NCBI GenBank assembly: GCA_029953675.1
Contig: JAMWBK010000005.1
Coordinates: forward strand, 496,001-560,000
Length of the DNA: 64,000 nt
Direction of reading: 5' to 3'
From: Rhodosorus marinus CCMP1338
Taxonomy: Eukaryota; Plantae; Rhodophyta
Shown here: positions 24,702 through 37,054 of the stretch, piece by piece
Layout of the letters: the number at the start of each line of letters is the position of its first letter
Position numbering within the stretch: position 1 is the first letter of the stretch
Notes under the pieces: model-generated
Told to the model about the DNA's origin: nothing
Database searches by the model: none
Seen by the model: the letters and a program-made list of their open reading frames with translations, nothing else
Translations under genes and position numbers: made by a program

Positions 24702-25698
24702 CCTAGATTCAGACTCCCTAATCGCCCACCTTTGCTCTATTCGAGTAGCATTGCTGAATCCGCTGATCAACTGAAGCAGAACGTCCCCTTCGCAAAAAAA
24801 CTCTGCGGACACCTCTATGATCCTCTAAACAGGATAATGAACGTACCACCCTAAATCTGGGTGTCTATCGTTACACCAAGGGCGAGCTCCGCGCGCAGAG
24901 GCTCTTTTCCGTCCTCAAAAGCTCATATGCTCTTCTCCAACGTACCCTCGAGGCGCCCTCAACGCTGTGTTCACTCGCCTCTATCCCCTGTGGTCATCCC
25001 GATGACAAGAATCAACCTTTGCTCTGGGAACTAATGGGCTGATGTGAACGCCCTTTAATTTTAGACGGTGCTCATACACCAAAACAGTCAACCAGTCTGG
25101 TCGTCATCGAGTCATACGTAGGCCAAGTCCATCTCCATTCCGCTGAGGAAAGAAGTCCGGAAACAGATGCCAAACCCTAACTCAGATCTGCTTAAATTTC
25201 ATCAAACATGATTGGTTAAAATCATTTAATGCATTGAAACAATTGGGTAAAGTATTTCATAATTCATAAAATAAAAGAGGGTTCTTTCTAATCGCCGGCT
25301 GTTCGTATAAAAGCAATTATGATTGGTTTCTAACATCCAATTATATTTCTTATCACGTAATACGTATAAAGAAAAAAATATAATTTGTTAATAGTGCTTT
25401 TATTAACATATTATTCGATAACAGAAATTTTAAGGGTCTTGAATATTGTTTTCTTTTTGAAGAAAAACGTTAACGACGGTGAGCCTCCAAAGGGTCGTCG
25501 GTCGATGATGAGGTAGAGGATGATATCTGATTACCGGAGTTGTTTGGACGAGTTAAAACTGTCTAGATATTGATACTGCTGAATTAGCGTTGGGGCGATA
25601 CAGTTCCTGTTAAGTACTCTTCGTTGTACTTATACACAGGTTGCTGCGGGATTCATCAGCCAGTTTTTTGAGGAAGAAGGACGGCGACAATTGGCGGC

Positions 25699-28600
25699 AT
25701 GGAGCTGGGGTTTGTTGGACCCTTGGCTAGTTTGGCTGCTGGTTATGAGGATATTTCGAGTGCAGTATGTTTTCAGAGGCGTCAGAGACTGGCTAGGTCC
25801 CGAACTGTACTGAGAGCGATCGAGAAGGACGCGGTTGTCGGAGATATACAGGAGGATCATTTTGAGGAAATTGTGGTGCCCGAAGATGAGTTTGATGTTG
25901 TAGGGAATGGTATGTACCGCTTGATACACTTTCTGAGTCACATTGAATGCTGCATAGACTATGTAGGCTGATGGTTTGAACTATAACTATGTGGTTTGTT
26001 CTTGAAGGGGGAGCTCCAGAGAAGGAATCTCAAGTGCTTGTTCTCGGGGATCTGGATGTTGACGAGGAGTCTGACGAACCGAAGAAATGGTCCCACGTCA
26101 TAGATGTTGCTGCTGCGGAGGATGGAAGTATTCTTGAGGACTTTTTCTTCGAGGTTTTACTTGAAAGCCACGATTTGCAGTACACGCTAACGATGGACCT
26201 TGAAAAACCTAGGCCCACTAAAATTCAGTCAGCAGTTGTACCATGGGCATTAGAGGGCCGAGACATCGTGATTTGCAGTCATACTGGAACCGGCAAGACG
26301 ATGGTAAGGAGCTTCAACCTTGACCCCTGGCAGGGCCCTGCTCGCTGTGAATATCTTTCTTATCTACCAACTGAAGAACTTTGTTCTGACCACGCACGCG
26401 ACAGGCATTTCTGCTCCCGATCATCGAACAAATCGAAGAGGCTTCGGACGAGATTCAGGCAATGGTAAGCAACTCTCGACCAGAACAATACCTCAAGATC
26501 AGTAGCCACCTCTGAGCAGCTTCCGTTGGGACCTGCTTGTCCCAAACGAGAGACGCCGAAGTTTTGAGGAGCAAACGTGAAAATTTCTACCTTCCAAAAG
26601 CTGTAAAACCTGGCTCGTCATCTTTGCCGCTCTAGGTAAATCGTGTCAACATGTTCAATGACCGTCTAATAACGTCGACGTTGTTTTTCTTTGATGTGCA
26701 GATCGTTGCTCCCACGCGCGAACTTGCGATACAAATTAGCGGGGAATGTGATAAACTGATACAGAGAATGGACGTCAGAAGTATACCTTTGATTGGAGGC
26801 GCAAACCCAGCCAGACAAATCGAGAAGATGAAGAAGCTCAAGCCGCATATCGTTGTTGGAACCCCGGGGAGGCTGGCTGAACTATACGAGTACGACCACA
26901 GTCACCACCGACCGTCATGAGTTGTTTTAGCCCCACGGTGTTTCGTGAGGAACTGCCGCTGCCTTTTGACATTGTCGCTTACGAGTACGGTTCTGATCCC
27001 TGTTCTTCGTGTTCGCAGGTCGAGGAAGCTCAAGTTGAGTTCGGTAAGGATGACAGTGGTGGATGAAGTGGATCAGTGCCTTTCGCAGGGGTTCATTGAC
27101 ACGATTAGTTCACTGATGAAGCGGGTTAGCCATTCTAATCAGCTCATCTTCGCCTCAGCAACAGCCGACAGAGTTTCTGTAAGAAATTTCGCCCTGAAGT
27201 AAGCTTTTACACACAACCCACATCTTCGCGAAAGAGGAGGATTAGGAAGAATTATGGGAGCCTGAAAGTCCCCGCCTTTGGCACCTCAGGTGGATGAAGG
27301 AACCCATGCTGGTCCGAGTAGAGGCAGAGAGAAGGATGCCGAAAAACGTCAATCATCATTATTGTGTAGTTCCGAAACGCAAAAGAATAGAAACCCTACG
27401 AAAGATTGCGTAAGCAAAAATCCGACCAAATAGATATCTGGACTGCAGAGCTGTTACCACCGAAAGATCTATATTATCGGCTTGGCGGTCAGCGGAGCTC
27501 AGCAATAACCGTGGTGGTGAACCTGTCAAACCCGATGCCTCATTTTTCTTCTCGACTTCATTGCGTTGCACTAGGTTTTCACAAGAGGAGCAAGTGGGCT
27601 CCGTCATAGCCTTCGTGGACAGTCAGAGCAACGTAGATACTGCAGCCGAGGCTTTGAATAGAATGGGAGCGGATTCAGTAGTTGCCCTGAGGGGAGATGC
27701 TGACAAGCGTGAGAGAGCGTCGGTGATGCAAGACTTTCGGAACGGCAAAGCAAAGCTACTGATTGCCACAGAGGTAAACCTAGAACCTTTTCTTGCAAGT
27801 TTCGCCAACGAGTAATCGCGATCTGAACTTCTTCGTGTTGATGTAGATCGCTGCAAGAGGATTGGACCTACCAGACGTCTCGATAGTGGTGAACCTGGAC
27901 TTACCTACAGACTCTGATCACTACATTCATCGTGCCGGCCGGTGTGGGAGAGCAGGAGCAAAAGGGACGGTAGGCTGAGCCACTCCGAAGCGTGATTGTC
28001 CAATAATACTGATGACAGGTCTGTTACAGGTTGTTTCGCTCACAACTAAGGAGAAGGCGTTCGTGGTCTCCAAACTGGAGAAAGAGATGGGTGTGGATAT
28101 CATCCATTCCACGGTTTACGGTGGTAAAATCATCAGGGCTGAAGAACTACCCGAGGAAGTCAGGAAACGAAGAGAGCTATGTGAGCTGAACTAGAAAGAA
28201 GAGTGACGCAAATAGTGCGAATTCTAATGAAATTGTCCATGACTCTGCGATTGTTCTTTTAGCGACTGAAGCATACTTGTCTAAGAAGGCGGAGAACCGA
28301 GGTTCCAAACGGGAAGGACATACCCGTACAGGTATGTGTAGAGTCCTTGAGAATCTTGACAGGGCCGGGCTTTGACATATTGGGGTCCTGCGGTTTTGAT
28401 AACAGAAAACAAGGCACGACCTACGTCGCCACTGGTTAACAAGAAGAAGAAGAAGAAGAAGGACAAGAAGATTAATGATGCAGAGGGGGTCCCCCCGAAT
28501 AAGCAAACAGAACGAAGCGCAATGTACAAGCAGAACTTGAAGGAGGTCTACCGTGAAAGGAAAAAGAAGGACGGAGAGGGAGCACGAGGACAGCGCCAAA

Positions 28601-28888
28601 ACTCGCTCACTACGAACAGCAAGCGCGGTATGACTGCAGTCATACAAACAACCTATCTACAGCTAAACGGCTAAAAGCTGGTTTCTGTCGTTGTATGGCA
28701 CAGGCGCAAGCGGACCTCGATCTGGAAAGGAACCAATCGTCAACGAGGAAAACGACTTTTACGATGACGACGACGACCTAAGAGCCTCGAGAACGGACGA
28801 TCCATCGAAGAAAAAGCAGAAACCGAAAAGACGACCGCGGAATATGCGCGATCGTGCCTCCGACGAGAAGTGGGTTGGCAACCGATGA
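25699..28888 (+). CDS. Plastid-targeted DEAD-box RNA helicase (RH47/RH58-like) with a Lys/Arg-rich C-terminal tail
   Basis: Transit-like MELGFVG, Q-motif PTKIQ, TGTGKT, APTRELA, VGTPGRL, DEVD, SAT, ARGLD and [12 protein letters not shown]. In-frame introns at 28181-28262, 28332-28403 and 28628-28701 extend the CDS to the stop at 28888. Confidence 0.88.
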
Positions 28889-29529
28889 CTGATGGTGCCG
28901 AAACGGCGGCCGCAGCAGCTGTAATACGAACAGTTCTCCCCAAATTCTGTTTGTGGATTGTGCTTCTATACCAAAGGGACGAGTGGATTAGACACATCGA
29001 ACATTAAGGTTATTTCAGTTAGCAAGATGAAACACTATATTCAAACAACCATGTTTGCCCTTGATATCCATCGTGCCGAGCAATGTCGGTCTGACCGATT
29101 AGCTCAGTTGCTAAGCGTGGTGAGAGCGGGCTTCTGGATAGAGGAAGCGGTCAGCGCTCAGTATTATAACGCGCACCCGTTAAGCGGGTACGCGTCCTTG
29201 CGGTACAAAAGCGTTAAATCGGTTTCAGAGCGATGCCACAAGCACGAGTATTGGTATCAATGCGACGACGAACGGCAGATGTCGCTATCCACAAGTTTTC
29301 AATTCGAAAAGTTCATAAGCTTCATTAGGCAATGCCAACTGAAAAGCAGACTACCGAGTCTGGACGTGTGCCGCCGTAGTTGTAGCTATGCAGGCGAGGA
29401 GGGACAAATGCATTGTGGTCTGCACGGTCACCAAGGAAACTAGTTCCAATCGCTAGATTCCATCCTCGATCTTTACACGGCTTGGGCGGGACGCTTCATG
29501 CGGGAGATGTATTCGGGTACAGCGTGCGC

Positions 29530-30948
29530 CTAGTTCTTGCTAAGCTTTTTTGACTCCCGCGTCCTCAATACAATGAAACGATACGTTGATATCACAGCCG
29601 TCATAATGTTCACAGCGGCGAACAGGATTGCCCCAACAGTTGGCTTCCCCTTGAGGGCGATCAGCGACGCCACGTAGAGCAAAACAGACGAGTAGCAGAC
29701 GCCAGTATTCAAGATCTTGAAAGTGCTCGCCGGTAGTCTGTCTCTCTCCGAGGCATCTTTTAGCGTCGCCAGAGCCACAGCTTGCAGAGCAAAGCCACTG
29801 ATGAACAACCGCATCGCCGTAAGCGCCATCTTCGTCGGTTCTGTTGAAACATAGGACATGTCGTTCTCTATTAGGAAGCCTCATTCCAGAACGGGTATTG
29901 CGGGCGACACTTGAATCCATTCCAATGCTATTATCAATGGTCGTAGATACGTACCAGCAGCATACACCACTGAAAGAAAGGAGGCCGGATTCACTGCTCC
30001 AGCGAAGAATACCAAGGTGCTGAGAATGGCCAGCAGCCCGTAAGCCATTGACGTGATCTAGATACAGGGGCATAGATGAGGAGCGATGGTCGTGTCTAAG
30101 TTCGATGTTCTAATTCAGACTTGAAACAGCACTTCTGAGCAGAGCAAATCCGATGAGAAATCAGGACGCTTACTTTCTTCGCGTCCAGAATCTCGGCGAC
30201 GGCAATCATCGTACCGCCGATGAGCGGGCTGAAACCCGTGTCCGGAGTTGTATACCAGTACGCGCCGCCAACTATTCCCGAACTTAAATTGAGAAAATGA
30301 ATCACAGAGAGAAACAGAGGAAAAGTCTGCATGCCAGAAGAGTAGGTTGCCCAGAACGCGAAAAGGGAGGCGAAGGCGAATACCACGCTCATCCTTTTGT
30401 AAGTTCCCGACTCCATCCTAAATAACCACAACGGAGAGACGAGCAGAAGTCGTCAGAGCGTGCCCCAATCTGCGGATGAACGATTGAGGTGAGCAATCCT
30501 ACCTGTTGTTCTCAGCAGCATTCTTCAGTCCAATCAGATAAGATATCCTAAGCATTCCGAAAGCTCCCCAAAATCTGAGGATCCCCCTCTCAATAGTCCC
30601 TCTTTGAAACTCATCGAACGTCAATGGGCTCATTGCAATCATGGAGACAACTAAGTGACATAGATTGAGGAGCCCCAGCGTGGCCGCCAGTACCATGCGC
30701 CTCCTAACACTCGCTTCAGACTCCATGACAATCTCCTCATCCTCCTCGAGAACAATCTCATCTGGCTCTTCTCCATTAATTTCGCCTTGAACAGCGCTCT
30801 CCTCCGCCAGACATAGCCGCACAACCCTGAGCCTCCTTCCCGAAACCTGTCTAAGGCCAGAACGGCACACCGGCCTCGCTCCCGACCTGCATTCGACAAC
30901 CCCAGCTCCTCCAACAGCAACAAAGCCAGGTCTACTCATCTTTTCCAA
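29530..30948 (-). CDS. Plastid-targeted multi-pass membrane protein of unknown function with an internal repeat
   Basis: Transit-like MSRPGFVAVGG...R-rich start, then several hydrophobic segments. The repeat reads LKNAAENNRMESGTYKRMS (spliced) versus LKDASERDRLPASTFKILN. Confidence 0.7.
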
Positions 30949-31347
30949 AGCAAAGTGCCAGAAAACCCAAAAATTTCACTTCCTAGCGTCCGTGAATCCA
31001 TCCGGTTCACCTCAATACGATACTATCATCTTTCCGGATCCACATCAGCAATCTCATCTTCATTGCTCCGACCACATCGAATCTCGGCCGTGCGATGTCC
31101 CACTTTCAAAAAAAAGATGGGACAGAAATGGGACACCACTTGGAGGCGAGAATCAGCGCCTTTGGACTTGAGGTACACCAACGTTGGTGCTTATGGTCAG
31201 GCGTTGTGGCGTTTCAGTCGGTTTGGGATGTTCAATCACATTCTTACTACTTTTTCCCGGCAGGAGTAGAGGATTCGTTCAGTTTTCGAAACCGTTTTTT
31301 GACTCTTCGGTGAGAAGCAGCGATGGAAGGCTGCTACAGGTTTCTGT

Positions 31348-31515
31348 TTGTGGGCTTGTTAGTTGTCGGAGGTGTGAGAAAAAGCTTTCCTGAGTTGATT
31401 TTGTTGTTCACAGACTGTATCTGCTTGCAAGGGCTTGTTCTGGTTGTGGGCTTTAGTTGTCGGAGGTGTGAGAAAAAAGCTTTCCTGAGCTGATTTTATT
31501 GTTTACAGACTGTAT
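31348..31515. repeat. Direct repeat of about 70 bp with a period of about 96 bp, followed by a (GA)n tract at about 31550-31567
   Basis: TTAGTTGTCGGAGGTGTGAGAAAAA(A)GCTTTCCTGAG(T/C)TGATTTT...ACAGACTGTAT occurs twice. Confidence 0.9.
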
Positions 31516-32129
31516 TTTCGTGATGTTACGGGTGGTTTCTGTTTCTTAGGAGAGAGAGAGAGAGAGGAGTACGTGGTTCACCACCCACGAACTTGAGAAG
31601 AACACGAGCTTGATGTGAATGTCATATCACGGGCATACCCATGCGTTGCTAATACAACTCCTATAGCTCGTGAGCTAGAAGAATTTGCTTCAGTTGTTTT
31701 ACTCCCGACTGAGGCCAAGATGGGCCCCCCACAAGAGGTGTGGAGGGAGCAAGGGGGCCACCTGAATAGTTGAAAACATCCGTCCCAAAGCTCATCTTGA
31801 ATCATAGAATCATAGCTAGCTCTTCTAAATACCAGCATGGCCAAAAGCGAGCTTTCTCATCAAGTCCAGACCTGCTACTTCAAGGCTTAACCACCGCACA
31901 ACGCTCGCTCTTCAGCTTACTAATCTGAAACGAAAATCAATCGAAAAACAAAGCTTGCAGAATAGTCTGAAACCTAAAAAAAACAAAATCATCAATTATA
32001 GAAGTTTTTGCTGTACATAGTTCGTGGCTCGCGCGGGGATATATTTTGAATATATTTGTTTGCGTTGTAATAGCGCGTACCATAAATGTTTTCTCGCACA
32101 TGGACTATTTAGCATTTTGGGGGTGTTTG

Positions 32130-32470
32130 ATTGAAACTATTCAAAAAAGGAGTCCAATTGTTTGTCCAATCAAACAGATATTCAATCAACGCTAGTCTAA
32201 TAATCAATCATCTCGAGTTTTTTTCAAATCTTGAATTATGTTTAGTTCTCGTAGTGACAAGCTGTCCCTGTTATGTATTGAAATAGGATTACTTCTCGGG
32301 TTCCACTGACGTCCTTCTGGACATCCGCAGCCTGTCATACACTATGACTATTCAAGGAGGAAGGGGAATGATTATCGAGTAAATTGCGAACTACCCAGCC
32401 CTTGGGTTATGTCCTGCAAAAGAACGTTGAGGCTCAATCAATACCAGTCGTTAATTGAAGAGTACCGGTC
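32130..32470 (+). mobile_element. Decayed inverted copy of the internal part of the 34.5-35.1 kb element
   Basis: The blocks ATATTCAATCAAC (32178), ATAATCAATCATCTC (32200), TTATGTATTGAA (32271) and TCGTT.ATTGAAGA.TA.CGG (about 32449) match, in order, the reverse complement of about 34740-34980. Confidence 0.65.
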
Positions 32471-34543
32471 TGGACTTGGTGGGTGCTCCCTTTTGATGGA
32501 TTCTTCTGATGGGTAGTATGGACCTAGATACACTAAGGCCTTGGATCAGCGCACACTGAGCCTGTTGAACTCGAGCATGAATCGTCTCGCAAAATCGAGG
32601 CTTGATGTGCCTGCCTTCCTCGCGATTAGGCAAACAATTCTGCCAATATTTGTCTCGCAAACGTCAACAACCCAACAAGAAAGGCAAGGACACGGAGTCA
32701 GAAACTGAAGCCGAGGAATCACAACCGCTAAAAGCATTAGGGTTGCAATCGAGATTGAGATTCAATCACAAAAAGCATGGCCATGACTAATTTCATCTAG
32801 TTGAACAGAAGCGAATCAACACGACGAGTTCAGTTCACTGTTCAGGTTCACCAATAGACTTTCAGCACGTCCAAGTGCAGCAATGTATGTCCGAACTTGC
32901 GGGAATTGCAGCTCTTCCTTTATTAAACCAGAGCTCGCGTATCCGGATTGATAGCTAGTTGCGCGGTTCAACAGTAAGCGTGATTATCATTAATTCAACG
33001 GCGATGACACTGAGACATCCGCATGTCAGCAACTATAGTCCACCACCACTTAACCGGTTCTAAGCCGCAAGCTAGCCAACAAATTTGTGTCCTCTCATTC
33101 AGAATTCGCATGCACTGCTGGTTGATAGGAAGTCAGGTTCCTATCCGAAAGGGAGCTTTCCTGGCAGAATCTTCACGGCTCAAGCACCTGTTAAACCCCG
33201 TCGATTCTGAGCCACAACCCCGAAGCGATGATGTACAACAGGAAAAACGATAGTATTGCGCATAAGGAAAAAGTATTATTGAAAACACTAAACAAATAAT
33301 ACGATACAGAGAACAGTTCAACGAAAAAACGATATCAGAAAAACGATATCACAACTAAAAGCAAAAGCCCTGAAATCTCATTGCGTGAGGTCAAAGCATG
33401 TTATTGTGTCAATTCGGTACTGGTTTTCTAAGGAATCCACTAAAAGCACGTAATCTGTTGAGAAAAGCTCCTCTTCCAATAGGAAACTTCACCTCAATAC
33501 TAAAAAATACCATATTTTCCGTGAAGCCATCCGGGAAACAATGAAACCTCGACCAGAATCCTATACGACGGACGACGGACGATGAAGTTGAACCACTGAA
33601 AATCGAGTAAAACCAAGGGCGTTTTTGGTCGCGTGTCGGACGCGTGAGGGCAGGTGCCAACCTTTGCAAGGAAACTCTCTGGAAACTTTTCCCAAAATAT
33701 ATTAAATACAGCCAATAGCGGATTTCTAAATCGTTGGTTTGTTTGCCGGGGAAAACTTGGGTTGTGACCGATGCTCTCCTCTAAATCGTAAGAATTGGAG
33801 TGATTCCGGAGTTTGTCTGAGGGAAACCCCTTCAGAAGGACGAAGGACGGGGCTTTTGAAAGTGGCGAGGGAACTCCTCGATCTATCTATTTTTAATGAG
33901 TTTTAGAATACTACAGGCCACTGCAAGATAGGGTAGTGGCTATCGCAAAAAAAAGGTGGTTGTCAGCGAGGCCCCGTTCCCCCTTTTTCAAAACTACCAA
34001 TGGGATCGCTTAACGTATTAACGGTCTTGGCTACGTTTTCCTTTCCCGGAAAATATTGAATATTATATCCCATTACGTGGTCTTTAGGTCAATCGGTTCG
34101 AAACGGGGAGATTCTTGGAGTTGTTTTTCTTCGGTATTTCGAGAACGAGCTTTTCCAACAGGTCTTTTTTTTTTGTTTTCCCAACGCCCGGAAGGTATTT
34201 ATATATTTTTTTTCATGGACCGCATCTTCGCTCGGAAATGAGTTTCGAAGCCACTAGAACTGCATTGACGCTCAAAAACTTATAAAAACTAGATATGCGA
34301 AGGGTTCGTACGAGGCGCGGACTAGCTCGGGCTGTGCAAACAGCTCATGTATTTCGCTAATATTAGTTGATCTGTTAAATCTTTTCAATTCGATGATATC
34401 GTGGGTTATAAATATTACCACAATTTCTGAACGCACTAGAGGGGAATATGACTTCCAAGTAGCAAAACAATTATTACCATTAATCAACAGTTGCCGCTGA
34501 TTTCGTCAGGACAGAATTGGAATCAACGAGCAAGATACAGTTA

Positions 34544-35118
34544 GGGTTGTCATTTCCGCCCAAAACGAAAACTTCTGAATTGCGTCTGATATTTTTAATC
34601 GGACGGTCCTATGCAGGTTAATCTGACCTATATCACGTAATGAATAGATGGATTATCTTCCTGTTCGCGTCTGATATAAGTTTAATAGACTTGCGTTCTA
34701 AAGAAAAAAACAGTATTTGTCTGATAGCAAACCATTCATGTCCGATATTCTTCAATCAACGAAGGCTATTGATTGGATTCCAATTTTTCCTTCTCTCAGG
34801 GCCAGACCTTCTCCTGGATATTGGAGGGCTTCCAGCATTCGGAAGAACAGACAGCCTGTCTTCCACTGAAATGACCATAATTCAATACATAAGTATGACA
34901 GGTTGTCATCCATAAATTAGCATAATTCAATACCCTGGACCAGAGATGATTGATTATGAGCCGAATGTTGATTGAATATGGGACGTTTTCGTCGAACCGT
35001 TTATCGGACTGGTAATTAGACATGTTTCAAAGTAATTTCAAACGGATAGCCTTTAGTTTTTCAAAATATAGTGCGTACTCTATCTCACAGGAATTTATCG
35101 GACGATTTATGACAACCC
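34544..35118. mobile_element. Putative 575-bp MITE with 10-bp TIRs (GGGTTGTCAT) and a TA target-site duplication
   Basis: TA|GGGTTGTCAT at 34542-34553 and ATGACAACCC|TA at 35109-35120. The interior is AT-rich and noncoding, with recurring ATCGGAC and TCTGATA words. Confidence 0.6.
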
Positions 35119-35665
35119 TAGCCTAGTCCAATTAAAGAATTGTACATGATTGTGGAGCGGATCAAAAACAGATGATATTCTCATTCTCCGGGCCAAACCC
35201 GCCCTTGATGAGTATCTCGCTAAAACATAATACCCCCTAATTTTGTATTTGAATTCACGTTTACTAAGGCCCTCGCTTAAGAAAAATTGAAATACAAATG
35301 CTTTAGGAAGTAATGAAAATAAGAATAAACTGTCGAAGTGATTGATGATCCGAAGTGATTGCTGTAGCTCGTTTCAAGGAAATCTAAGATTCGTATGGCA
35401 ATATAATAATCTCGTATATGTCCGATCGACATAAAAATTATCAGAATTGCATTCATTTTGTTGTGCACAGCCGGAAATCAATGCATGAGAGGAATTTTTT
35501 TTTTTCAATAGTAGCTCCTCTGCTGTTTTGGCGAGGCGAGATGAGGGGTCGGTTTCCACTACATATGGACTGCCCTTGGTTAAAGCTACAGGTGGAGTGG
35601 GCGGGCGAAGATGAACTTCAGGGAACTGTGAGGAGGGAATTTGTAGTTTTTAGACCCTGGGCATA

Positions 35666-36928
35666 ATGGACGTGGTTTTGGATGATTTTGTTCCTGAAGA
35701 GGAACCAATGTGGACTCAGATGGAGGTCCTGGTTGGACAAGAGCAGAAATCCGCTTTGTTTGAGCCTGATGTGGCGCGTTTGTTCGATAATCTGAATGCC
35801 GTCCCTCCTCAGACAGATGAGGATGGTCTTGCAGTGCCCGCCGCAGATCAGGGCTGGTTTGAATCCAGGGTCAGCTCGACAACTCCAATCTCAAGCGGAA
35901 GCCCAGTGGAAGATGGGGGAGACGAGAAGGAAATTGGGGATCGCACAGCTCATTCCTGGAGCTCCAATGCGAGTGCAACGGAAATCGATGAGAAATTGCA
36001 GGACGTGAAGGCCGATTATAACGGTTTATCCGCTGTCGAGGCCGCTCGCAGGAAGGCGCAAGACGTGGCGATGGCCTCGATTGGTGGCAAGCGGAGGAGT
36101 ACGAGTGGGGATGAACGCCAGACGAAGAGGGAGAAAGTTGACCCCAATGAATCCCCTGAGAAGGTACATCAGAGGAGGTATCAGAGGAGACTGCAGAAGA
36201 ATCGAGACACTGCGTTCATATCCCGGATACGGAGAAGAGCCTATACCACGTTACTTGAGGAAGCCCTTACAAACGTTGAGGATGAGAAGAAAAAGTTATC
36301 TGGCTCGGTTGAGTCTCTGAAAGCTGAGATTGCCAGTCTCAAGGTTGAGTTGAGAGGGCTGTATACAAACAAACTGCAAGTCGGATCCCCAGATGGCAAC
36401 ATCAACGGGGATCTGAAAGCTTTTGCCGCTTCTGACATGAGTGACCACAGCGTAGAAAATGGTCAGCGTCCAGTGCAAGATCTCTTGCAAAGTATGTTTA
36501 AGCCGTTCCCTGCTGCCGAGAAACCTTCTGAAGAACATAGTTTTCATGGAGTGCAGCAGAGCGGGAGCTACCAGAAGAAGCGGAAGGCCAGTGGTCGAGG
36601 TGGCTACATGCTAATGTTGTCTTTGCTTTTTGTCATCACTATCCCGGGACTCTACTACAGCCCGACTGTGACGGAGGTGATGACGCTATCCGCAAACCCA
36701 GGTGAGGCTGTTGATCTGGTGAATCCGGCGAGAGTCTGGATGGAAAGCGGTGCTTTTGGTGTTGATGGTGTGACTACCTTGGAAGTGCATGATAGAGTGG
36801 TAGACCCAGGCGTGGATGCTTGCCAGGTATTGGAATACGAGACGATACATTGCATGAGCAAAGAATTGGATTTAGAGAACAACATAGATGCAGGTGTCTA
36901 CGTTGGTCGAGATATAGTCGCACAATGA
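35666..36928 (+). CDS. Membrane-tethered bZIP transcription factor (ATF6/bZIP28/bZIP60-like topology), intronless, 420 aa
   Basis: Basic region RRLQKNRDTAFISRIRRRAY (N-x7-R), then leucine heptads. KKRK precedes a single hydrophobic segment YMLMLSLLFVITIPGLYYSP. Confidence 0.88.
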   Translation: MDVVLDDFVPEEEPMWTQMEVLVGQEQKSALFEPDVARLFDNLNAVPPQTDEDGLAVPAADQGWFESRVSSTTPISSGSPVEDGGDEKEIGDRTAHSWSSNASATEIDEKLQDVKADYNGLSAVEAARRKAQDVAMASIGGKRRSTSGDERQTKREKVDPNESPEKVHQRRYQRRLQKNRDTAFISRIRRRAYTTLLEEALTNVEDEKKKLSGSVESLKAEIASLKVELRGLYTNKLQVGSPDGNINGDLKAFAASDMSDHSVENGQRPVQDLLQSMFKPFPAAEKPSEEHSFHGVQQSGSYQKKRKASGRGGYMLMLSLLFVITIPGLYYSPTVTEVMTLSANPGEAVDLVNPARVWMESGAFGVDGVTTLEVHDRVVDPGVDACQVLEYETIHCMSKELDLENNIDAGVYVGRDIVAQ

Positions 36929-37010
36929 TAGGCCAATAGCACTGGGGTGCCTTTGTACATAGTAAATGATTTGAAATTTATTTCCATGCGAATAGAAGAG
37001 GCCTGTCATC

Positions 37011-37054
37011 TAATCCATGGGCTGCGCGTGACTAATCCATGGGCTGCGCGTGAC
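37011..37054. repeat. Perfect 22-bp tandem duplication
   Basis: TAATCCATGGGCTGCGCGTGAC x2. Confidence 0.95.

Noticed and set aside
29093-29163. tRNA-like segment (GACCGAT-TAGCTCAGTTG... with a complementary AGCGGTC end)
   Set aside because: It has an A-box-like D arm and 6/7 acceptor pairs, but no GTTCRA T-loop or T-stem and no clear anticodon arm. tRNAscan-SE would be decisive.
28958-29443. 161-aa plus-strand ORF
   Set aside because: It has a GTG start and no recognisable motif, and it lies between two convergent 3' ends.
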